Below, piece by piece: positions 44,008 through 52,703 of a DNA stretch of 52,758 bases (the first letter of the stretch is position 1; every line of letters begins with the position of its first letter). The notes beneath the pieces were generated by a model. It was not told the origin of the DNA. It worked only from the letters and a program-made list of their open reading frames with translations, and made no database searches. The position numbers and the translations under genes were made by a program. Origin of the DNA: an uncultured Gammaproteobacteria bacterium (lineage in GTDB: Bacteria > Patescibacteriota > Microgenomatia > Levybacterales > UBA12049); NCBI GenBank assembly GCA_964653195.1, contig CAZZCX010000005.1:17829-70586 (forward strand), in the 5' to 3' direction.

Positions 44008-45672
44008 TTAAAAACTCCATTTTCTATGTGGCCACTTGTTTGGATCTTGGCTAGCCTGATCACCTACAATTCTAACATTTGGTTTACGCCAAGTATTATA
44101 AAAATTATCCAGTGGTTCTCTTGCGTAAGTGTCCATAAACCAAGGGGAAACCAAATCTATAGAGTCAGCCCAGTCTAGCTGATATTCATCAAGCGGATCA
44201 GAATATTTACTAGTAAACCAGGAATATTCTTCAGGCTTCATTTCTTCCCTTTCTCTTCTGTATTTTGCACTTAATTCTGATAAAATTTCACTAGTTTTTG
44301 TATCTTCAGTTATTTCAATACCTTGTATTTTTGCTATTTTTCGTGCCCATGTGTCTATTCCGCCGTGTTGACTTATATAGCCATGTAATTTTAAATGAGG
44401 TAGAAGACCTGTTGCATGTGTTGCTGCAACAAATCGGAACGGATCTAGCCCATATGCAATCATAAGGCGTGATACATATTCATCGCCTCGAAAAGTATCA
44501 AATCTAAATTCATCCCATATAGACGGAATTTGATTATAAAATTCCTTAAATTCATCTGGCATTCCAGGTACCTCTTCATCCCACATCTCAACTCCCTTTA
44601 ATAATTTATCCATTGTGATAGGTTTGGTTTGGTCAGTAAAAAAATTTCTCAACAGAATTTGATCACCAAAAGCACATTGATCTAGTATAAATCTTGTGAT
44701 ATGTGAGAATGACTGGCTTGCAAGGGTATCACCAAAAAAATAAATTGTACCTTCAGGACAATCCTCAGGTAAATCTAAAGGATGTAAATTTAGTTTACCC
44801 ATTGAGTCTGGTCTAATTTCTGATCTATATTGCTCCAGATAATAATATCCAGGGTTTCTTCCATCGTAAGCGTGATTATCTCCACCATCCTCTCGGTCGG
44901 TCCAGTTAAAAGACATAGTCAACCGTTTTTGATCAAGAACATTGTCATCTGTTGGATTTACCCTTAGTCTAACCAGGAATGAGGATCTAGGATCTGAAGG
45001 ATGAGTAACACCTTTTAAAGGGAACCTTATAAGATCTGCTTTTACTAAGTCATTCGGCTCAGAATCTAATATTAAAGCTTTTTCTAATGTTTCTTCTGTA
45101 TGTTTTAATAATTTTCCAGGTAAAATTCCGGATTCAATATCAACATTGGGTCCTTCCTTTACCATATCAAAAATTCTTTTCGCTCTAGTGTCGGGTTCAT
45201 CTTCTATTTGAACATGTTTTACATCGATTTCCCTGGCTATCCTTTGAGGAGAGAAATAGCCAGGTGGTACACCTAATCTTCTTAGCTTTTCTGTACTACC
45301 TCTAATCTCAAATTTTCTACTTTTTCTAGCTAAATGTTCAGCAGAGTGCTGTGCTATAGCCGCTGAAGTCAAGTCCTCTATACCTGGATCAGCTAAGCGA
45401 TGTATAAAATCTGGTGACTCTTCTTGTGTGATCATAACTAGTAACAGTCTATTCATAGCTTCAATATATGGTACATTTCCTGTATCTGAAATTTCAGGAA
45501 GATTAAATGCACCTGACATTCCAGCTGCTTGCATAATAGCTTCATCGTCCAATCTTCGAGTCAATGATCTAACTATTAGCTCCATATAAGGAATTGCTGG
45601 ATTATTGTCAAAAATAATTTTCAGCCCTTCTGTGAAGGGAGTAGGGGATAAGTTTTTTTCTTTTTCTACCAT
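44008..45672 (-). CDS. Orphan cytosolic protein (554 aa), Trp/Asp/Phe-rich
   Basis: Long clean ORF that starts 3 nt after the upstream regulator gene. No TM segment, signal peptide or recognised domain. It contains an HSAEH (HxxEH-like) string of unknown significance. Confidence 0.7.
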   Translation of the reverse strand: MVEKEKNLSPTPFTEGLKIIFDNNPAIPYMELIVRSLTRRLDDEAIMQAAGMSGAFNLPEISDTGNVPYIEAMNRLLLVMITQEESPDFIHRLADPGIEDLTSAAIAQHSAEHLARKSRKFEIRGSTEKLRRLGVPPGYFSPQRIAREIDVKHVQIEDEPDTRAKRIFDMVKEGPNVDIESGILPGKLLKHTEETLEKALILDSEPNDLVKADLIRFPLKGVTHPSDPRSSFLVRLRVNPTDDNVLDQKRLTMSFNWTDREDGGDNHAYDGRNPGYYYLEQYRSEIRPDSMGKLNLHPLDLPEDCPEGTIYFFGDTLASQSFSHITRFILDQCAFGDQILLRNFFTDQTKPITMDKLLKGVEMWDEEVPGMPDEFKEFYNQIPSIWDEFRFDTFRGDEYVSRLMIAYGLDPFRFVAATHATGLLPHLKLHGYISQHGGIDTWARKIAKIQGIEITEDTKTSEILSELSAKYRREREEMKPEEYSWFTSKYSDPLDEYQLDWADSIDLVSPWFMDTYAREPLDNFYNTWRKPNVRIVGDQASQDPNKWPHRKWSF

Positions 45673-45675
45673 ATT

Positions 45676-46812
45676 CTATTCCTCCCAGCGGTAACCTTTA
45701 CTTTTTATTGTTTTTAGTGATTTAGGATTTAAGCCGGATTTTTTTAGCTTATCCCGAAGCCTTTTAATTGTCTGATCCAGCGTCCAGTCATTATAATCCG
45801 TATAATTCATCCAAATCCGCTGTGCTATTTGCTCACGAGTTACCGTATTTTTGCTGTTAATAAGAGTCTTGAGAAGCTGTATATCTCGATTAGTAAATTT
45901 ATCTAAAATTACTCCATTAATTTCCATTTGATTGTTCGAAGTAAAATTAATGGTTTTCTTTGTTATCTTGAGAATGTAATGTTCTAACAACGGCACGCTA
46001 ATTTTTAATTTTCCTTGGTTGATTACAATCAGCTTATGCGATATCAAAGTCTCAGCTATAGAATTTAAATCCGGAGAATAAGTATTATTATTTGCCAGAG
46101 CCGATAGTACTCTTTGGTAAAAATTTGGTAAAGAATTCCAGATTGAACGAAGTTTTAATTGCATTGTCGTATGCCTATAAGAAAATTCACCACTCAGTTT
46201 ATAATTTCTTATTATTTCTGATGTAAGTCCTACATAACCGCCGCAGAGATCCTGTATAAGCTCTGTTTGTGATTCTGAAAGTGTAACATTAAGAAGATTA
46301 CTAAAGTAGCGGATAAAGTGAGATATGTCTTCTTGACTGTAAAGTGGGACGCGTAGGATGTTCTTGCACAAAATTTGATTCGACAGTGTGATTTTTTCAA
46401 AATCTATGATAAAAGGGTCAGTTTCGTAAGTAATGATGAATGTATCTTTTGGCTCAGGTTGGTATGAGAGTTGACGCATCTGTTCAAAAAACTGGGGATT
46501 ATTTTCTATCACCCATTCGCCATCCATGACAAAAAAGACCTGGTTTACTCCCGAACCAGGTCTCAGGCTCTCAATTTTATCTTTAAAAAAAGCAGGTTCG
46601 CAATTTAATGACTGAATATTCAATTGTCTTATTATTTTTTTACTTCTATATTGTGGCGGGTATTCCTGGATAAATTGGGCGACTCTGTAATATCTGTCAG
46701 ATTTAGGTAGAAAAATAGTGTTAGCGGATTCGAAACCATCAATGCATCCTTTCCAAAAGGTAAACAGACTTTTAGTTGCGCTATCAGGTATAGCTGTCAG
46801 GGGTTTTTTCAT
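45676..46812 (-). CDS. wHTH (OmpR/PhoB-type trans_reg_C-like) DNA-binding protein with a non-receiver, P-loop-less NTPase-like N-terminal region
   Basis: C-terminus TREQIAQRIWMNYTDYNDWTLDQTIKRLRDKLKKSGLNPKSLKTIKSKGYRWEE. The N-terminal 270 aa has no receiver Asp pocket and no Walker A, but has a Walker-B-like VFFVMDGE and a lid-like VPLYSQEDISHFIRYF...DLCGGYVGL. Confidence 0.7.
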   Translation of the reverse strand: MKKPLTAIPDSATKSLFTFWKGCIDGFESANTIFLPKSDRYYRVAQFIQEYPPQYRSKKIIRQLNIQSLNCEPAFFKDKIESLRPGSGVNQVFFVMDGEWVIENNPQFFEQMRQLSYQPEPKDTFIITYETDPFIIDFEKITLSNQILCKNILRVPLYSQEDISHFIRYFSNLLNVTLSESQTELIQDLCGGYVGLTSEIIRNYKLSGEFSYRHTTMQLKLRSIWNSLPNFYQRVLSALANNNTYSPDLNSIAETLISHKLIVINQGKLKISVPLLEHYILKITKKTINFTSNNQMEINGVILDKFTNRDIQLLKTLINSKNTVTREQIAQRIWMNYTDYNDWTLDQTIKRLRDKLKKSGLNPKSLKTIKSKGYRWEE

Positions 46813-46911
46813 ATGATTGGGAATTATAGCGGAGTTCAGTCATTCTGACAACTTTATGTCAGGAATTGGCGTCAAGTATATCTATTGACCAGGCTTTATA
46901 ATTTCGCCAAT

Positions 46912-47475
46912 ATGTTTAAAGAAAGAGCAAGTAAGGGTATAGATCGAGTTTGTATTAAGCCAATCTCCGAAAAACTTAATACCCATTTCAAATCCGGTGG
47001 TTCAATCCGTGAGGCATGGGGAAATAGAGCAGAATTTCGTCAAGTATTAGATGCCCAGGCAATTGACCCTCGAAACAAATCACTTCATGCTTTAGCAGGA
47101 ACAGGATTAGCTTTAGGTGCAATTACAGTTTATGAAGCATATAGGGCAAATCACAGCGGTTTACCATCTTCGGCAGAAGTTGTTGCGGCAGCTGTGCCAG
47201 GTTTATCATTAACTCAAATTAATATTTACGATAGTGCAAAATTACAAGCGCAACAAGGCCAAAGTGACGTTAGTGGTGCTGACAAGCGGAGATATATCAG
47301 CGATACACCGGCTACTAAGTTTCTTTATGTTTACACAGGTGAAGTTTCAAAAGATGGAAGGCCATTTATAGTAGCAAGAGGAAGTTCCGGTATCCCGCAA
47401 GATGTCAGTCCTGATAAAGCCGCACAGCTTACAGGTCAGGTATTTCATAGAGGAAATAGCAGAATAAATAAATAA
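46912..47475 (+). CDS. Orphan protein (187 aa from ATG 46912)
   Basis: Divergent from the regulator gene. TATAAT (46897-46902) lies 9 nt upstream of the ATG. One weakly hydrophobic segment (LHALAGTGLALGAITVY). Confidence 0.55.
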   Translation: MFKERASKGIDRVCIKPISEKLNTHFKSGGSIREAWGNRAEFRQVLDAQAIDPRNKSLHALAGTGLALGAITVYEAYRANHSGLPSSAEVVAAAVPGLSLTQINIYDSAKLQAQQGQSDVSGADKRRYISDTPATKFLYVYTGEVSKDGRPFIVARGSSGIPQDVSPDKAAQLTGQVFHRGNSRINK

Positions 47476-47520
47476 CTGAAAATTTCTATAATGTCATTAT
47501 TAAACTAAATTATCATAAAT

Positions 47521-47928
47521 ATGAGCGCAGAATATGACAGATCGGAATCAGGTGATATAGACCCATTAAATCCAGCAATTAAGTTTGAAGATGATATAAC
47601 GGAAACATTACCTCAGGCTCGATTCCATCATAAATACTCATTTGGCGGACCCGGGGGAATTGTACGTAATTGGAAGCGTGTAGAATATTTGCCAGATGAA
47701 GTGAGACCAGAAAATGCTCGAATTGAACTTGTAAGTAGAAGTTATGGGCGAGAGGTTACATGGCATAAGCACGAAAAATTTATTGCTGAAGGAACTGTTG
47801 TATATGAGGGATCTCAAATAGATGAACGAGGTAAAGAAATAGGTAGAATACGAAAAATACATGATCATAACGGTAATTCAACATTTGGTGGTCTACCGGT
47901 AAGAGCTGTAATTACACCTCATAAGTAA
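47521..47928 (+). CDS. Orphan small protein (135 aa), paralog of 43586-43942
   Basis: LPQARFHHKYSFGGPGG, FIAEGTVV, GLPVRAV. Confidence 0.6.
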   Translation: MSAEYDRSESGDIDPLNPAIKFEDDITETLPQARFHHKYSFGGPGGIVRNWKRVEYLPDEVRPENARIELVSRSYGREVTWHKHEKFIAEGTVVYEGSQIDERGKEIGRIRKIHDHNGNSTFGGLPVRAVITPHK

Positions 47929-48075
47929 ATATTTTAATTTAAATTCCAACTGGGGGTGGATTAAGTAAACGCCTACAGAATTTAAATATTCCTTAAAATA
48001 AATAATAAAGATATTGCCGGGTTTGCCTCTTGTATTACGTTCGTTTAAGGTATACAGTCGAGATAGAAGCTAAAT

Positions 48076-48438
48076 ATGGCTCACCCATTTGAAAGTGAGA
48101 ACCATCTAGGCAGGGGATTAGACGGTCCTATTTCTCCAGAAGGACCGATAGCTTCAAGTGGTGAAAAATTAGATTTTGACTCTCCAGATAGTCCTCACGT
48201 ATTAGAAAGACTAAGATATTTCGGTAAAGGTGGCGCAAGGCAGCCTATTACTCCAGAACAACTCGCTATAGAAATAGGTGAGCTTCCGTCTAGAGTAAAA
48301 CGGTTTAGGCGACGTGTTGAAGAAGATTTGAGAACTTTTAACGGTATGATGCGGAATTTAGAAGAAAAAGAAAGAAATAAAAGAGAGGGAGATGAAGCAA
48401 GGGCTCTAGCAGAGAGGAGATTTTGGACAAGGCATTAA
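48076..48438 (+). CDS. Orphan charged protein (120 aa)
   Basis: ORF only, with an Arg/Glu-rich helical C-terminus. Confidence 0.5.
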   Translation: MAHPFESENHLGRGLDGPISPEGPIASSGEKLDFDSPDSPHVLERLRYFGKGGARQPITPEQLAIEIGELPSRVKRFRRRVEEDLRTFNGMMRNLEEKERNKREGDEARALAERRFWTRH

Positions 48439-48501
48439 GTCATCTAAGCTTGTAATTTCTGAATAATATGTTAAGATTCATAAGTCATTTTATTAATACA
48501 T

Positions 48502-48678
48502 ATGGAACGAAGAGAAACTCCAAAATTAAAACAGGATGGTCCAGGGCTACTTAGGCTACAGGCAGCTCAAGAGAGATTAAAAGAGATAAAGAAAAAGTTG
48601 CCCCTTGTTGGTTATCTGGAAGGAGCAGAAGGTCCAGAAGGTCCAGAAAGTCCAGAAAGTCCAGAAAATAAAACATAA
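48502..48678 (+). CDS. 58-aa ORF with C-terminal (G/S)PE nonamer repeats (missed by the ORF track)
   Basis: MERRETPKLKQDGPGLLRLQAAQERLKEIKKKLPLVGYLEGAEGPEGPESPESPENKT*. It contains four tandem 9-nt units (gaaggtcca / gaaagtcca). Confidence 0.35.
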   Translation: MERRETPKLKQDGPGLLRLQAAQERLKEIKKKLPLVGYLEGAEGPEGPESPESPENKT

Positions 48679-48742
48679 TTTAGTCTTTAAGCTCTCTGTT
48701 TTTAAATAGAATTATCAGAGATATTTATACGTTATTTACCCC

Positions 48743-48772
48743 TTGCGGAAATGAGCTTGAATTTGTTATTAT
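48743..48772 (+). promoter_or_regulatory. rpsF promoter (leaderless geometry)
   Basis: TTGCGG (48743-48748), 18-nt spacer, TATTAT (48767-48772). The A of ATG 48779 is 7 nt after the -10 and there is no SD. Confidence 0.5.
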
Positions 48773-48778
48773 TACGGC

Positions 48779-49054
48779 ATGAGATTATATGATTTGATCG
48801 TAGTTATGCGATCTTCATTATCAGAAAAAGAACGTGAAAAACTTCTTGATAGTATCAAAAGTTGGCTAAAGGATGTAAAAATCGTCAATAGTTCGTCATG
48901 GGGCCAGAAGCCACTTTCTTATAAAATCAAAAAGGAAATTTCGGGAATATATCAGAAAATGGAGCTAGAAGCTGAAAACATCCCAGCAGATTTCGAAAAA
49001 AGGCTAAATACGAACGAGAATGTTCTGAGACACCTGCTTTTAAGGAAGAAATAA
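48779..49054 (+). CDS. rpsF: 30S ribosomal protein S6
   Basis: MRLYDLIVVMRSSLSEKE... and its position in the conserved S6-SSB-S18 gene order. Confidence 0.85.
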   Translation: MRLYDLIVVMRSSLSEKEREKLLDSIKSWLKDVKIVNSSSWGQKPLSYKIKKEISGIYQKMELEAENIPADFEKRLNTNENVLRHLLLRKK

Positions 49055-49163
49055 AAAATTAGAAATTAAATCTCAAAAATACAAAGCAAAAATTTGTAAA
49101 TTTATATTTATTATCTATTCTTTGTATATTTGATTTCTTATTTTTAATATTTAATTTATACAT
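49055..49163. repeat. Q-family AT-rich intercistronic element, copy 2
   Basis: It fills the rpsF-ssb gap. AAAAATTAGAAAT at 49054-49066 and TTATTTTTAATATTTAATTTA at 49138-49158 are identical to copy 1. Confidence 0.8.
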
Positions 49164-49664
49164 ATGGCACGAAGTTTAAACAAAGCTCAATTAATAGGAA
49201 ATTTGACAAGGGATCCAGAATTACGATATACACCATCAGGTGCAGCAGTATGTACTTTCGGTCTAGCGACAAATAGGTCTTGGACTACGGATACAGGTGA
49301 GAAGCATGAGGAATCAGAGTTTCACAATATAGTTTCGTGGAACAAGCTTGCCGAGCTTTGCAGTCAATTTCTTGTAAAAGGCAGAAAAGTATATGTAGAG
49401 GGACGCCTGGCAACGAGGTCTTGGCAAGGACAAGATGGACAGTCGCGGACAAGAACAGAAATAGTTATTGATGATATGATACTTCTTGACAGTAAAGGAG
49501 CAGGATCATCAACTGCAGTTCGCAGTGAGGGAGGTAACCAGCCGACAGTAGTTAAACAAAATGTTGCAAAAAAACCAAAAGAAGAAAAGACTGAGGAAGT
49601 GACTCAAGAAGTAGTAGAACATTCAGGAGGTATTGATGTACCACCGGATGATATACCTTTTTAA
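49164..49664 (+). CDS. ssb: Single-stranded DNA-binding protein
   Basis: OB fold NKAQLIGNLTRDPELRYTPSGAAVCTFGLATNR and acidic tail DDIPF. Confidence 0.95.
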   Translation: MARSLNKAQLIGNLTRDPELRYTPSGAAVCTFGLATNRSWTTDTGEKHEESEFHNIVSWNKLAELCSQFLVKGRKVYVEGRLATRSWQGQDGQSRTRTEIVIDDMILLDSKGAGSSTAVRSEGGNQPTVVKQNVAKKPKEEKTEEVTQEVVEHSGGIDVPPDDIPF

Positions 49665-49745
49665 CTTATTAATTAATTATTAACGGGTTAATGAGTTTTT
49701 TAAACTCGTTAATAAACAACTTGCTAAATATAAAATAAAAATAAC

Positions 49746-49994
49746 ATGGCCAAGAAAAGAATTACCAGAAGACCGAAAAAAACAGCTCAAGTCCCACTTG
49801 AATGTTATTTCTGTAAAGAGAAAAAGGAACCAGTATATGAGGACATCAGTGTTCTTACTCGTTATATAACCGATCGCGGGAAGATAACACCACGATCCCG
49901 TAATGGTTTGTGCTCCAAGCATCAAAGTGCTTTGGGTGATAATATTAAGTATGCTAGACATCTAGCTCTTCTTCCATTCGTAATTCGCGAATAG
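49746..49994 (+). CDS. rpsR: 30S ribosomal protein S18
   Basis: CYFCKEKKEPVYEDISVLTRYITDRGKITPRSRNGLCSKHQ... Confidence 0.9.
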   Translation: MAKKRITRRPKKTAQVPLECYFCKEKKEPVYEDISVLTRYITDRGKITPRSRNGLCSKHQSALGDNIKYARHLALLPFVIRE

Positions 49995-50051
49995 TTTTAT
50001 TAATTTCCTCTTGAACGTCTAATTAGCATATGCCATAATGTTTAAATTCGC

Positions 50052-51350
50052 ATGAATCATTCTTATATGAATTCCAGACTAATTCGATTTTTATTAATAG
50101 TCATTTTCTCAGGCTTAACCGGTTACGTAATAGGTGTAAGTAAAATCAAGATTGAATGGGCCAATTACCAGCCTCATATAGAAATAAGCAGTAAAGAACC
50201 ACCATCATCAATTTCTCATGTAGATTTTACACCTTTATGGACAGTCATGCAGAAGCTTGAAGCCAGCTATTATCAAAAAACCGCGATTGACTCTCAAAAA
50301 ATGCTAAACGGAGCCATAACGGGCTTGGTCGCAAGTTTAGATGATCCTTATACAGTGTATCTTCCACCACAGCAAAACGATGATTTCAAAGAAGTCATGG
50401 CGGGAAAATTTGAAGGAATAGGTGCAGAACTTGGGATCAAAGACAAACAAATTATAGTACAGGCGCCATTGGACAATAGTCCTGCGGTGAAAGCTGGTTT
50501 AAAACCATTGGATATGATTCTTGAAGTGAATGGAAAGAGTACTGCAGGTTGGACGCTGGCTCAAACAGTTGACCAAATCAGAGGGCCGAAAGGAACGACA
50601 GTTTCATTACTAATTTTTCAGGAAAAAGCCAAAGAACCAAAAACGGTTTCAATAATACGTGACACAATTGTAATTAAGAGTGTTGCATATTGGGTAAAAC
50701 CAGTAAAAGATATAAAAAAGATTACTTTAAATGCGAAATTAAAGACATATTCTGATGAAAAAGTAGCTTTTATAAGATTATCTCAATTTGGAGATTCCGC
50801 CAATCAGGAGTGGGTGAATGCGATAAATGATATAAGCATTGAAGTACAAAGAGACAAATCCGTAAAAGGTATAATTGTCGATCTTCGAAATAATCCAGGT
50901 GGATACCTGACGCAAGCTGTTTTTATAGCATCAGAATTTGTAAAAAATGGGACTATAGTCATGGAGGAGAATAGAGAAAATGTACAGAGAAAACTTCCAG
51001 TATCAAGACAGGGATTGCTTACAGAATTGCCAGTCGTCGTACTTCTAAATAAAGGATCAGCATCAGCTTCAGAAATTGTAGCAGGTGCTTTGAGTGATCA
51101 TAATAGAGCGAAAATAGTAGGTGAAACTTCATTCGGAAAAGGTACTATACAGCAGGCAGAGGATTTGGGAGGTGGATCAGGTATTCACGTAACTATAGCA
51201 AAATGGCTGACACCAAAAGGGAACTGGATACACGGAAAAGGTTTGGTGCCAGATATTGAGGTAGCACTTAAAGAAACTGATGATATAAATCCATCATCTG
51301 ATACTCATGATAGTCAACTGGAAGCAGCAATCATCGAACTGATGAAATAA
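50052..51350 (+). CDS. Carboxy-terminal processing peptidase (S41) with PDZ domain
   Basis: TM anchor, PDZ domain (GIGAELG...SPAVKAGLKPLDMILEVNG), DLRNNPGG, and GSASASEIVAGAL. Confidence 0.9.
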   Translation: MNHSYMNSRLIRFLLIVIFSGLTGYVIGVSKIKIEWANYQPHIEISSKEPPSSISHVDFTPLWTVMQKLEASYYQKTAIDSQKMLNGAITGLVASLDDPYTVYLPPQQNDDFKEVMAGKFEGIGAELGIKDKQIIVQAPLDNSPAVKAGLKPLDMILEVNGKSTAGWTLAQTVDQIRGPKGTTVSLLIFQEKAKEPKTVSIIRDTIVIKSVAYWVKPVKDIKKITLNAKLKTYSDEKVAFIRLSQFGDSANQEWVNAINDISIEVQRDKSVKGIIVDLRNNPGGYLTQAVFIASEFVKNGTIVMEENRENVQRKLPVSRQGLLTELPVVVLLNKGSASASEIVAGALSDHNRAKIVGETSFGKGTIQQAEDLGGGSGIHVTIAKWLTPKGNWIHGKGLVPDIEVALKETDDINPSSDTHDSQLEAAIIELMK

Positions 51351-51498
51351 ATATGCTGTTACTAGTAAGCAGCGTGCTGAATTAGATTAAGAATTCCTGA
51401 GATTCTTAAAATCTTGCTTCCAATAATCAATTAAGAATTTAGAATGATAAATTTTCAGCTGGTTTTAAGTTAATTGTTTATATTATAAAGTTGTAAAT

Positions 51499-52647
51499 AT
51501 GAGAAATCTAATTAAGTTGGTAATAGTACTTGTAGCTTTGTTATTTGGGTTAAGTTTACTAAGGCAGAATATGCCAATTCTAGAAAATCTAAATGTCTCG
51601 ACACCAGCAAAAGAAACAACGGGTAACGTGAGGATAATTACTGAGGAATCTGTAGTAATTGATGTAGTTAAGAAAGCTGGACCATCCGTTGTGACAATTT
51701 CTGCAGAATCTGCACAAAGATCATTAATTGATGAAGATTCATTTTTCTTTTTCGATACACCTAAGAGAAATATAGAACCTCAGAATATAGGATCAGGATT
51801 TGTTGTATCTAACGATGGGTTTATCGTCACGAACAAACATGTGGTTTCACAGCAAGGTGCGACTTATACTGTAGTCACGCAGGATGATAAGCGGTTCAAA
51901 GTCGAAAGGATTTATAGAGATCCCCAGAATGATATTGCAATTATAAAAGTGAACCCTACGCAAAATGGTGCAAGCCTTAAGCCGCTCCCACTTGGTGATT
52001 CTTCCAAACTGCAGGTAGGACAGCTCGTCATAGCAATCGGAACACCGCTAGGTGAATTCAATAACAGCGTAACTACCGGTGTTGTTTCCGGTCTTGGGCG
52101 TGGTATTGTCGCTGGTTCATTTTTTGAAGGATATGCAGAAGCGCTTGATGATGTGATTCAGACTGATGCTGCTATAAATCCCGGGAATAGTGGCGGACCA
52201 TTGCTGAACTCAGGCGGACAGGTTATAGGAGTGAATACTGCAGTTTCACAAAGTGGCCAGAATATAGGTTTTGCGCTTCCTATAAATGCGGTAAAAGACT
52301 CTCTTAAAAATTTTAATGAAACAGGTCAATTTAATAGACCATATCTAGGCGTGTCATATCAAATGATCACACGTGAAATTGCATTAAGAAATGAAATAGC
52401 AGAGGGAGCATATATCAGGAATGTGATCGCAGGTTCTGCAGCTGATAAAGCTGGAGTACTTGCAGGAGATGTAATTACGAAAATTGATGGGACAGACTTG
52501 CGATCGGGAAGAAATGAACTTTCCGGTGTGATAAGTAAAAAGAAAGTAGGGGATTCATTGAATCTTACTATTTGGCGAGAGGAAGAGTCAGGGGATGATA
52601 GGACTTTTGATGTCAAAGCGACGTTGGAAGCTGCACCCGATGAGTAA
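51499..52647 (+). CDS. htrA: HtrA/DegP-family serine protease (S1C) with PDZ domain
   Basis: TNKHVV, DIAIIKV, GNSGGPLLN, and C-terminal PDZ domain (GSAADKAGVLAGDVITKIDG). Confidence 0.9.
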   Translation: MRNLIKLVIVLVALLFGLSLLRQNMPILENLNVSTPAKETTGNVRIITEESVVIDVVKKAGPSVVTISAESAQRSLIDEDSFFFFDTPKRNIEPQNIGSGFVVSNDGFIVTNKHVVSQQGATYTVVTQDDKRFKVERIYRDPQNDIAIIKVNPTQNGASLKPLPLGDSSKLQVGQLVIAIGTPLGEFNNSVTTGVVSGLGRGIVAGSFFEGYAEALDDVIQTDAAINPGNSGGPLLNSGGQVIGVNTAVSQSGQNIGFALPINAVKDSLKNFNETGQFNRPYLGVSYQMITREIALRNEIAEGAYIRNVIAGSAADKAGVLAGDVITKIDGTDLRSGRNELSGVISKKKVGDSLNLTIWREEESGDDRTFDVKATLEAAPDE

Positions 52648-52703
52648 AGTATATAGCATTTAGTTTCAAATTGAAGACAAGCTTATATAGTTTTAAAATC
52701 ACT

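Noticed and set aside
44300-44330. HSAEH string in the 554-aa orphan as an inverted-zincin (HxxEH, M16-like) active site
   Set aside because: It is a five-residue match with none of the surrounding M16 features that I can see (downstream Glu, domain size and organisation). It is mentioned in the feature evidence only and is not used for a functional call.
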